A stretch of DNA of 38,758 bases, taken from contig DBXA01000185.1 of NCBI GenBank assembly GCA_002309235.1, positions 6,418-45,175 of the forward strand. The letters are read 5' to 3'. Below are positions 16,644 through 24,660 of this stretch, one piece after another. Both the position numbers and the translations under genes were made by a program. Under the pieces are notes generated by a model, which was given only the letters and a program-made list of their open reading frames with translations, was not told where the DNA came from and ran no database searches. This stretch comes from Christensenella sp. UBA1224 (GTDB lineage Bacteria > Bacillota > Clostridia > Christensenellales > Aristaeellaceae). Position 1 is the first letter of the stretch; each line of letters begins with the position of its first letter.

Positions 16644-17522
16644 ATGAAGATCGGTTTTATAGGACTTGGCATTATGGGAAAACCAATGGCATTGAATCTG
16701 ATCAAAGGCGGTCACGAGCTTTGTGTTTATGATGTTGTCAAGGAGCGAGTAGAGGAAGTTGCCTCTGCCGGTGCGAAAGCCGCATGTTCAATCGCAGAAG
16801 CTGTAAAGGATGCGGAGTTTGTCGTCACGATGCTCCCGAACTCCCCACACGTAAAGGAAGTCGTTTGCGGGGAAGGCGGTGTCCTGTCAGCGGCTAAACC
16901 GGGGACGATCCTGATCGACATGAGCTCTATCGCTCCGGCGGCTTCACAGGAAGTTGCAGCGAAATGTGCTGAAAAAGGCGTAAAGATGCTGGAAGCGCCT
17001 GTCAGCGGAGGCGAGCCGAAGGCGATCGATGGGACGGTTTCATTCATGTGCGGCGGTGAGGAAGAGGTGTTTGAAAAGTGCAGGCCGATCCTTGCCCTGA
17101 TGGGGAAGGATATCGTTCTGTGCGGGCCGAGCGGAGCAGGAAATACCGTAAAACTGGCAAACCAGATCATCGTTGCAGTCAATATCGCAGCTGTCGCAGA
17201 AGCTTTCATGCTGGCGCGCCAGGCGGGTGTCGAGCCACAGACTGTGTTTGAAGCGATACGCGGCGGCCTTGCGGGAAGCACTGTTCTGAACGCAAAGGGC
17301 TCTATGATGATCGCTCAAAATGTGAATCCTGGTTTTAAGATCGATCTGCACATCAAGGATCTGAACAATGTAGTAGATACTGCGCACCGAAACGGTACGC
17401 CTATTCCCATGACGAGCGTCGTGATGGACATGCTCCAGAACCTGCACCTGCGCGGTATGGGTGGCTGCGATCACAGCGCCATCGCGAAGTATTATGAGTA
17501 TCTGACGGGTGTTAAGATCTGA
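16644..17522 (+). CDS. NAD(P)-dependent beta-hydroxyacid dehydrogenase (2-hydroxy-3-oxopropionate reductase / 3-hydroxyisobutyrate DH family), copy 1
   Basis: 292 aa. MKIGFIGLGIMGKPMALNL Rossmann start, LEAPVSGGEPKA, KLANQIIVA and DLHIKDL are family hallmarks (GarR/GlxR/YgbJ-type). AAGGAGG RBS. Confidence 0.85.
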   Translation: MKIGFIGLGIMGKPMALNLIKGGHELCVYDVVKERVEEVASAGAKAACSIAEAVKDAEFVVTMLPNSPHVKEVVCGEGGVLSAAKPGTILIDMSSIAPAASQEVAAKCAEKGVKMLEAPVSGGEPKAIDGTVSFMCGGEEEVFEKCRPILALMGKDIVLCGPSGAGNTVKLANQIIVAVNIAAVAEAFMLARQAGVEPQTVFEAIRGGLAGSTVLNAKGSMMIAQNVNPGFKIDLHIKDLNNVVDTAHRNGTPIPMTSVVMDMLQNLHLRGMGGCDHSAIAKYYEYLTGVKI

Positions 17523-17579
17523 TCTTTTCTATTATTGGGATTCGTTCCATGTGCTTTTTCAAAAGAACAAATAAAAGGA

Positions 17580-17612
17580 ATAGCCTACTTCACAGCAGGC
17601 TATTCTTTTTTC
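17580..17612. terminator. Bidirectional intrinsic terminator between convergent genes
   Basis: AATAGCCT (17580-17587), 10-nt loop, AGGCTATT (17598-17605), then CTTTTTT. An A-run (AAATAAAAGG) on the left serves the minus strand. Confidence 0.7.
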
Positions 17613-17635
17613 CAAGAAAATATGGTTTGAGGTTG

Positions 17636-18928
17636 TCAGTGATTAGGAAGGACCTTCCAGATCTTCATGGATCCGGGCGACAGCCAGTTTCCCGCATAAT
17701 GCGGTTCATGCCACCATCCCGCCTTTATTCCTTCTCCGGCAGGTGTAGTTCCCATGTGATATTCTGCTTCAGGGACTTCCTCCCATTGCAATCCGCATAC
17801 ATCGATCACATTAAGCCCCTTGCGGAAATACAGATAGCACTGATTCGCTTCGGTTTGCGAATTGTTTGTGATCGAGTAATAGAGAGTGCCGTCCTGATGC
17901 CGGAATCTGGAGACGATCGCTTCATGTGCGGCTTCGACGTAGATGAGGTTTTCGTCTTCTTCTTCACAGAACAAGGGGTAGTTTGCAAATGATTTCTTTG
18001 CATGCCATACCTTTTCGAGTTTGAGCTTTGGTATGAGACTGCCATATGTCTTGTGGAAGGTGCGGTTGATGCGGGCAACCTTTTCGAATTGGCTGGAGCG
18101 TTCATAATGTTCGTCGATGGGGGCAAGCCCATAACGGCCTGTCATACGGCGATTATAGAAGAAATAGCCCATTATCCCATCTGCACCATGTGCAATGGAA
18201 GTGTACAGCTGCCAGCGAAAATCGTTTTCTGTGACTTCGCGATAGCGGAAATGCCCTGTCATGAGAACTGTGTTGAGGAAAGGTACACCTGTTCGCAGGG
18301 ACATATCACGGAATACCTCAAGGTTATGGAAGTATTCTGTAAGCCCCTCTCCATCCGGGAGCAGTTGTGTATAGCAGTCATATCCGGTAAGGCCAAGATG
18401 CGCATCGTTAACGATATCAGTCAAGACATCTTGATACTTCTTGCCGCCCTGACCGAGGCGTTCAGGTCCCCAACCGAAGCTCCAGGGGGCAAAGTTGACA
18501 AACATCTTCTTTTCTGGAATCACTTCCGAAACGATTTGAGAAACCTTAATGGTGTTTTTTACTTCGATCAATCCCCTCATGCAGCCCGGCTCATCCAATA
18601 TGAAGATGGAGTCTACAGCAGGATGGAGTCCAAAATCATTGCGAAGCTGCAATGCAGCACTTCGTACTCTGTCTTCATCAAAGCGATCTGGGAACCAGGC
18701 TTTCTTGAGCCGCAGATCGTAAAACATTACATGGATATCCCTGCGAGCGGCTTCATCAAGGAGTTCAAACATAGCTTCCCTGCTTCCGGGAAATTCGGAA
18801 TACATTGGTGACATAGCCAATGTCATTCCAGCTTCGTCCCATTCTTGTACAATCTCCCGCGGTCGTTTCCAAATCTCAGGCAGTTCAAATTCACAAAGAT
18901 TCCAGAATCCGATTGGGTACTTTTCCAT
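17636..18928 (-). CDS. Hypothetical cytoplasmic protein, possibly a TIM-barrel glycoside-hydrolase-like enzyme
   Basis: The ORF track starts at TTG 18934. ATG 18928 (MEKYPIGFWN) lies 7 nt after GGAGG. No signal peptide and no motif I can name. The alternating pattern and genomic context suggest a glycosidase-like barrel. It starts 14 nt after the AraC-2 stop, so it is probably co-transcribed. Confidence 0.6.
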   Translation of the reverse strand: MEKYPIGFWNLCEFELPEIWKRPREIVQEWDEAGMTLAMSPMYSEFPGSREAMFELLDEAARRDIHVMFYDLRLKKAWFPDRFDEDRVRSAALQLRNDFGLHPAVDSIFILDEPGCMRGLIEVKNTIKVSQIVSEVIPEKKMFVNFAPWSFGWGPERLGQGGKKYQDVLTDIVNDAHLGLTGYDCYTQLLPDGEGLTEYFHNLEVFRDMSLRTGVPFLNTVLMTGHFRYREVTENDFRWQLYTSIAHGADGIMGYFFYNRRMTGRYGLAPIDEHYERSSQFEKVARINRTFHKTYGSLIPKLKLEKVWHAKKSFANYPLFCEEEDENLIYVEAAHEAIVSRFRHQDGTLYYSITNNSQTEANQCYLYFRKGLNVIDVCGLQWEEVPEAEYHMGTTPAGEGIKAGWWHEPHYAGNWLSPGSMKIWKVLPNH

Positions 18929-18942
18929 AATCAAGCCTCCGT

Positions 18943-20811
18943 TTATTCCTCCTTGTGGGAGTTGAAATTCAGCCTGTACTGGCTGGGTGTAACATTATAG
19001 GTTCTTTTAAAAGCTTTAAGAAACGTGTTTAAAGTTATGTACCCGCATTCGGAACAGATATCGCTGATCTTTTTATCTGTGTTTCTAAGAAGCGAACACG
19101 CATGCTCCATGCGGATCTGTTGGATATATGCGGCTGGTGTTTTGCCGGTAGCATCATGACAAAGTTCGTATACTGACTTTTCGTTGAGCCTTAATGAGTC
19201 CATGATGGTCTGTATATTCAGGTTTTCGTCACTCAGACGATCTCTTATGAAAGTGACGAATTGCTTCTCACGTTCCTCTTCATTCGGATCAGGAAGGTCA
19301 TCCTGTGTCGATCTGCCAATTTGAGGATGATATTCTCTTTCGGCAGCGCGAGAGTTATGCTTTCTATTATATTCTAATTTAGCATCCTGGTATGCGGTGC
19401 TCAGAGTGGAACTTCCGCTGTGTATATCGCTGATACCATACTCTATGTCGGTATCAAGGGTATGATTGACAGAATCGACCAGAGAAGACAGTTTATCTAT
19501 AAGGGAGTCCTTTAGAGATGCAACCGGCAATATGAGGATAAAGGAATTGCCATCCAAAATATGCGGTATAGCTGTTGACAAAAGCCCCTGTGTGAAATGC
19601 TGGCTGATAAGTATATGGAGATAGTTTTCATTGTCAGAGGGAACATTGGTCAGAACACAGTAAAACACGGCATAACTGTCAGGCAGTCCGGGTATAGGTT
19701 CACTCTTTTCGGAAAAAAGACACCTGTCGATGATGGTATCGCGTTGCTGATTCTGTAGGTTTTCAAGAGTACTTTGCACCTCTTGGTACTTGCGGTCTAA
19801 GGTTTCGATCGTTTCATGGATGAAATTAACAGTATCAGGACTTTGGCTGAGCCCGAACTCCAAAAGATGGCTTGCAATCTGTTCCATTGGCAGGGCTGCA
19901 CGCCTTGCGCAATAAACTGAGATCACAACACAAATCAGGAAGGCAAAGATGATATAGATAATGACCGGCTTCAGACTGGTAAAAAGTAAACCCGAGGTAT
20001 CTACTTCAAGCTGCATGGAAAACCCGAATATCGGATCACTGATCTCAAAGAACTTGCCAGATCGGAATTCGCGATCGGCTCTATACTGGTATAGAAGTGC
20101 GCCGTTTTTGTCCAGGACACGCAGAGATGCATTCGAGTTCACGGCAAGATTGAACATTGAAAGCAGCTGTGCTTCATCTATCATCAGGTAAGCATATATA
20201 TTATCCGAAGGAATGGAAGAACCGACGGCAAAGGGAGTACTGATTATATATGCGGTATTGATCGTCTTGTTTGAAAAAACCTTTATTGAACAGCCTGGAA
20301 GTGTAAAGAAACCGGACAGTGAATCAGGTGATCTAAGGCAGTCTGGCAAGGCTTCGCTGGAAAAAACATTCATGGAGAGGTATTGTGCAAGTGAAGTATA
20401 GCATCCAAAATGACTGACAATTACATCGCTGCGAGGAAAATAGATTAAAATATCAGCGTAAAGCCGGTTGGCGGCCGATAAATTCTGGATATAGTAATAA
20501 AAGTTATTAAGTGAAAAGATCGAAGATGGATTGATAGGCGCAGGTGAAAAAATAAACCGACCGGTGGTAGTGTTATTCATAGTCATGAGCATAGTAGACA
20601 TGGTCTGGAGTTCTTTGGAAAGCTGTTCGACTCCGTGGCTTAGGGATGTCTCATACATATCATAAATACGATCTTCGGTGCCGTGATAAATAAATGAGAA
20701 CAGGATAAGTATCGCTAAAACTACCACGACGAGAACGGGCAAGGTATAGCGGATATAATATGACAGCTTTGAAAGGAAGAAGCCATTGGTTTTCTTTGAT
20801 TTAACTATCAT
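18943..20811 (-). CDS. Membrane-spanning AraC/XylS-family transcriptional regulator, copy 2
   Basis: The ORF extends to 20853. I prefer ATG 20811 (MIVKSKKTNGFF), but the start is uncertain. TM helices: LPVLVVVVLAILILFSFIY and VIIYIIFAFLICVVISVY. The C-terminus AAYIQQIRMEHACSLLRNTDKKISDICSECGYITLNTFLKAFKRTYNVTPSQYR is clearly paralogous to copy 1. Confidence 0.85.
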   Translation of the reverse strand: MIVKSKKTNGFFLSKLSYYIRYTLPVLVVVVLAILILFSFIYHGTEDRIYDMYETSLSHGVEQLSKELQTMSTMLMTMNNTTTGRFIFSPAPINPSSIFSLNNFYYYIQNLSAANRLYADILIYFPRSDVIVSHFGCYTSLAQYLSMNVFSSEALPDCLRSPDSLSGFFTLPGCSIKVFSNKTINTAYIISTPFAVGSSIPSDNIYAYLMIDEAQLLSMFNLAVNSNASLRVLDKNGALLYQYRADREFRSGKFFEISDPIFGFSMQLEVDTSGLLFTSLKPVIIYIIFAFLICVVISVYCARRAALPMEQIASHLLEFGLSQSPDTVNFIHETIETLDRKYQEVQSTLENLQNQQRDTIIDRCLFSEKSEPIPGLPDSYAVFYCVLTNVPSDNENYLHILISQHFTQGLLSTAIPHILDGNSFILILPVASLKDSLIDKLSSLVDSVNHTLDTDIEYGISDIHSGSSTLSTAYQDAKLEYNRKHNSRAAEREYHPQIGRSTQDDLPDPNEEEREKQFVTFIRDRLSDENLNIQTIMDSLRLNEKSVYELCHDATGKTPAAYIQQIRMEHACSLLRNTDKKISDICSECGYITLNTFLKAFKRTYNVTPSQYRLNFNSHKEE

Positions 20812-20922
20812 AGCAAAAATCCTGTATTTTATTCTGAAGCAGACAAAAAACACTATTAATTATAATGCATGTATACAGTACCATTTTCGGAAAACACAAT
20901 CAAGTTGAAACATGGATTTAAC

Positions 20923-20956
20923 GGAATTTTACACCACATACCACAGGAATTTCCAC
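20923..20956 (+). promoter_or_regulatory. Candidate AraC operator: GGAATTTTACAC plus degenerate repeat GGAATTTCCAC 23 bp downstream
   Basis: The exact 12-mer shared with 3428-3439 is at 20923-20934. GGAATTTCCAC is at 20946-20956. Confidence 0.4.
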
Positions 20957-20985
20957 TTGTGAATTGTTAATTATTGAAGTACAGT
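20957..20985 (+). promoter_or_regulatory. Candidate weak promoter of importer operon 2
   Basis: TTGTGA (20957-20962), 17 nt spacer, TACAGT (20980-20985), abutting the proximal repeat. Both hexamers match consensus 4/6. Sequence match only. Confidence 0.25.
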
Positions 20986-21013
20986 TATTATGAAAGACAG
21001 GCAGGACATGCAT

Positions 21014-21973
21014 ATGAGGAAAGAGGTGAGCAGATTGACTTCAGCGAGGTTTCCCCAAAAAAGATCGGGGTGGAAAAAACTTAAAAATTACTGGAGGCTG
21101 TATGCCTTTCTGCTGATTCCGCTTGTATATGTACTCGTATTCTGTTATACACCTATGGCGGGCCTGCAGATTGCTTTTAAGAAATACTCTCCAAGGCTGG
21201 GGATTATGAGAAGCCCATGGGTTGGGTTTACTCAGTTCAGGAAATTTTTTAATTCTTATTATTTTGAAAGAACCTTGGGAAATACCCTGACGCTTTCGAT
21301 TTACAGTATAGTGGCTGGCTTTCCGATTCCCATCATACTGGCGCTCATGTTTAATTGCGTTCGCTTTTCCGCAGGCCGGAAAGCGGCGCAGAACATCATG
21401 TATATGCCGCACTTTATATCCGTTGTGGTTATGGTGGGTATTATTAATCAGGTATTTGGCGCCAGGACAGGACTCTATGGTCAGATTTACAGGTATTTTG
21501 ATCCTAGTGCGACTGTACCTGATCTTCAGCTTTCTGCTAATGCGTTCCGCCATATGTATGTTTGGTCCGGTGTTTGGCAAGGCATGGGCTGGGGCACGGT
21601 TATTTATACAGCGGCTCTTACGGGTGTGGATCCCGCTTTGCATGAGGCTGCTGTTATCGATGGCGCATCCCGTTTGCAGAGGGTGGTCCATGTGGATGTG
21701 CCAACTATCATTCCAACGATAACGATCACTTTGATACTCCGATTCGGCTCGATTATGGGGATAGGTTTTGATAAGGTATACCTTATGCAAAATGATATGA
21801 ACCTTCGTGTGAGTGAGGTCATATCGACGTACACTTATAAAGTAGGATTGACCAGTACGCTGGACTACTCCTATTCTACGGCGATTGGGATGTTCAATTC
21901 TGTTGTAGGATTGATCATGCTTGCACTTATGAATTTTATATCCCGACGAGTGAGCGAAACGAGCCTTTGGTAA
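21014..21973 (+). CDS. Carbohydrate ABC transporter permease (LplB/YteP-like), locus 2
   Basis: The longest ORF starts at 20990. ATG 21014 lies 7 nt after AGGCAGGA and downstream of the candidate promoter, so the start is uncertain. EAAVIDGASRLQRVVHVDVPTI is the EAA loop. Clear paralogue of 3549..4523. Confidence 0.8.
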   Translation: MRKEVSRLTSARFPQKRSGWKKLKNYWRLYAFLLIPLVYVLVFCYTPMAGLQIAFKKYSPRLGIMRSPWVGFTQFRKFFNSYYFERTLGNTLTLSIYSIVAGFPIPIILALMFNCVRFSAGRKAAQNIMYMPHFISVVVMVGIINQVFGARTGLYGQIYRYFDPSATVPDLQLSANAFRHMYVWSGVWQGMGWGTVIYTAALTGVDPALHEAAVIDGASRLQRVVHVDVPTIIPTITITLILRFGSIMGIGFDKVYLMQNDMNLRVSEVISTYTYKVGLTSTLDYSYSTAIGMFNSVVGLIMLALMNFISRRVSETSLW

Positions 21974-21988
21974 AGGAGGGAAGACCGT

Positions 21989-22921
21989 ATGCCGAAAAAA
22001 ATGAGAAAACAGGATAATGAAGCCATCATTCTGGCAACGGATTTCCGTCCGGCAAAAAGGGATAAGGTATTTTATGCAATCAACGGAGCCATACTTATAT
22101 TACTGACGCTGATCGTGTTGATCCCCCTTATCTATATTCTTGCCTGTTCCTTCTCCTCTCCAAGAGCTGTTGCAGGCGGCAAAGTATATCTCTGGCCGGT
22201 CGAATTCAGTGTGGAAGGCTACAGACGTGTTTTTGTCTATCCGAATATATGGGTGAGTTATGGAAATACGATCTTTTATACTATAGTCGGTACGGCTATC
22301 AATGTGGTCGTTACCATTCTATGTGCTTATCCGCTTGCAAGACGGGATCTGCCCTATAAGGGCATCATCATGTTTATCTTTACTTTTACTATGATGTTTT
22401 CAGGAGGAATGATACCAAGCTATATCCTGTTGAAAAACCTGGGAATGACGAATACCCGCTGGGCTATGCTGGTGCCGGGTGCCTTATCTGTTTACAATAT
22501 GATTGTAGCCAGAACGTTTTTGATGAATATCCCTTCTGATCTTTTGGATGCTGCCAGCATTGACGGATGCAATGATACCCAGTATTTTTTCCGCATAGCT
22601 CTTCCATTATCCGGGACGTTGATCTCGATGCTCGTCCTTTTTTATGCAGTTGGACATTGGAACAGCTATTTCAATGCTTTTTTGTACCTGTATGATAAGA
22701 AACTCATGCCTCTACAGATCGTTCTGCGTGAGGTGCTAGTTGCCAATTCCATCAATACAGAATCTATTGCAGATGAAAGCTCTTTTACCGCTATTGTCGG
22801 TATGAGTGAATTGATAAAGCATGCGCTTATCGTTGTATCAAGCGTGCCTATCCTTGTATTGTATCCCTTTCTTAGGAGATATTTTGTAAAGGGTGTTATG
22901 ATCGGCTCCCTGAAAGGCTGA
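21989..22921 (+). CDS. Carbohydrate ABC transporter permease (LplC-like), locus 2
   Basis: 310 aa, AAGGAGGG RBS, DAASIDGCNDTQYFFRIALPLS. Paralogue of 4537..5481. Confidence 0.85.
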   Translation: MPKKMRKQDNEAIILATDFRPAKRDKVFYAINGAILILLTLIVLIPLIYILACSFSSPRAVAGGKVYLWPVEFSVEGYRRVFVYPNIWVSYGNTIFYTIVGTAINVVVTILCAYPLARRDLPYKGIIMFIFTFTMMFSGGMIPSYILLKNLGMTNTRWAMLVPGALSVYNMIVARTFLMNIPSDLLDAASIDGCNDTQYFFRIALPLSGTLISMLVLFYAVGHWNSYFNAFLYLYDKKLMPLQIVLREVLVANSINTESIADESSFTAIVGMSELIKHALIVVSSVPILVLYPFLRRYFVKGVMIGSLKG

Positions 22922-22986
22922 TCCTGGAAAGTGATTTCGGCCGTAAAGGCTGGAATAAATAATAATCAATTAAGGAGGAACCTAAC

Positions 22987-24567
22987 ATGAAGAAGCTCTT
23001 ATCCCTCGTGTTGGCCGCGCTGATGGTGCTGTCAGTCATAGTGCCTATGGCTGCACTGGCAGATGAGAAAGAGACATTGAGGATTGTAATCCCTCAGGCG
23101 TCTTTGGTATCGGATTACGAGGACAACAAGTTTACCCAGTGGATCGAAGATGAGTGCGGGATTAATCTGGATTTTGTCGTTCTGCCGAACGATAATCCGA
23201 AGGACAAACTGTCTGTTATGGTAGCAGGCGGTGAAGATCTGGGTGATGTGCTATGCATTGGTCTCTCCTCCTCTGAGGCGATGACATTTGCCGATGCGGG
23301 AGCCATTATTCCGATCAATGAATTCTTCGATAAGTACGAAACGAATGTCGAGGCTTATGATGCGGAGACCGGTAAGAGCATACTGGGCCAGATCACGATG
23401 GTCGATGGCAATATCTATGGCATACCGGCGTATCTTGTTTCCATTTCTGATGAGCTTCGGTATCGTGCCTGGATTAACACCAGATGGCTTGAAAATGTTG
23501 GCATGGAATCTCCTACTACAACAGAAGAATTCTATGAAGTACTAAAAGCTTTCAAAGAGAAGGATGCGAACGGCAACGGTGATCCTAACGATGAGATCCC
23601 GATGATCGGCAACTCAAAGGGCTGGTCGACAGATTGCCGCATGTTCCTTACTAATGCGTTTGTTTATGAGGATGGCGGCTTCGGGTACCTGGTGGATGCA
23701 GAAGGCAAAGTAAGCTTCAACTACACGACAGATGAATACCGTGAAGCACTCCGGTACATGAATAAGCTGGTATCGGAAGGATTACTCGCAACTGATACCT
23801 TTACGCTTGAATATGCCCAGTATCAGGAAGTTCTGAACCATGATCCGACCAATGTTGGTGTGTTTACCTTTACTAACCCCATTGCTATGGATCAAAACAT
23901 ACCTGAGAACAAGTATTATCAGTTTGTGCAGCCGCTGGTAGGACCTGAAGGAAAACAGTATGTGACATACAATCCTACCCAACCGTCGCCCACCTGGTTC
24001 ATTACAGCAGATTCCAAGAATCCTGATCTTGCCTTTAAAGTTGGCGATTTCCTGTACAGTGAAGAATCTTACCTGCGCAACCGTGTAGGCGTACAGGGTG
24101 AGGATTGGGAACTGGCCGGCGAGGACATCTATGAGAAAATGGGTTATTCCGACGATATGATCATCTGGAAAGAGATTAACTATCCGTGGGAGAATCTGAG
24201 TAATACCTTCTGGCATCTGGGAGCACCTGCACTTTGCCGTCAGCCCAACTACATGTCCATGTGGAATGGAGACGAGAGCTACTATAACTATCGTCGTTGG
24301 AAGGGCTTGCTCTATTACATGGAGATCATGCCTGAGGAAGGAACCTACGTTCCTACGCTGAACTTTACACCGGAAGAAACGGAAGAGTTGGCAGAGATCC
24401 GTACAGCGATCGATACCTACAGGGCTGAGTGCCGTACGCGCTTCATCCTTGGAGATATGGATCTGGATACGGAGTGGGATGCGTACCTCAATGAATTGAC
24501 CAAGATGAACATTTCCCGCTATACCGAAATTTGTCAGACGGCATATAACAGGTTCCTAGGGAAGTAA
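22987..24567 (+). CDS. Extracellular solute-binding protein (LplA-type), locus 2
   Basis: 526 aa. Signal-like MKKLLSLVLAALMVLSVIVPMAALA/DEKE, and DANGNGDPNDEIPMIG. Paralogue of 5547..7133. AAGGAGG RBS. Confidence 0.85.
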   Translation: MKKLLSLVLAALMVLSVIVPMAALADEKETLRIVIPQASLVSDYEDNKFTQWIEDECGINLDFVVLPNDNPKDKLSVMVAGGEDLGDVLCIGLSSSEAMTFADAGAIIPINEFFDKYETNVEAYDAETGKSILGQITMVDGNIYGIPAYLVSISDELRYRAWINTRWLENVGMESPTTTEEFYEVLKAFKEKDANGNGDPNDEIPMIGNSKGWSTDCRMFLTNAFVYEDGGFGYLVDAEGKVSFNYTTDEYREALRYMNKLVSEGLLATDTFTLEYAQYQEVLNHDPTNVGVFTFTNPIAMDQNIPENKYYQFVQPLVGPEGKQYVTYNPTQPSPTWFITADSKNPDLAFKVGDFLYSEESYLRNRVGVQGEDWELAGEDIYEKMGYSDDMIIWKEINYPWENLSNTFWHLGAPALCRQPNYMSMWNGDESYYNYRRWKGLLYYMEIMPEEGTYVPTLNFTPEETEELAEIRTAIDTYRAECRTRFILGDMDLDTEWDAYLNELTKMNISRYTEICQTAYNRFLGK

Positions 24568-24579
24568 AAACCACTGTGT

Positions 24580-24604
24580 GCCGCCGCCGTTTTTCGGCGG
24601 CGGC
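24580..24604 (+). terminator. GC-rich hairpin after the SBP gene (weak or partial terminator)
   Basis: GCCGCCGCCG (24580-24589), loop TTTTT, CGGCGGCGGC (24595-24604), followed only by TTCTCC. This is the same position as the hairpin after the locus-1 SBP gene. Confidence 0.5.
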
Positions 24605-24660
24605 TTCTCCGTTGGTTGTTTATTGTAATAGATAGGGATTGGAAAGAAGGTTCAGAGAGA

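Noticed and set aside
17523-24660. A mobile-element interpretation of the AT-rich block (genomic island with integrase, IS element or flanking direct repeats).
   Set aside because: No integrase, transposase or recombinase ORF exists on either strand. No tRNA lies at the borders, and I found no terminal inverted or direct repeats. Only the compositional signal remains, and it is reported as a finding.
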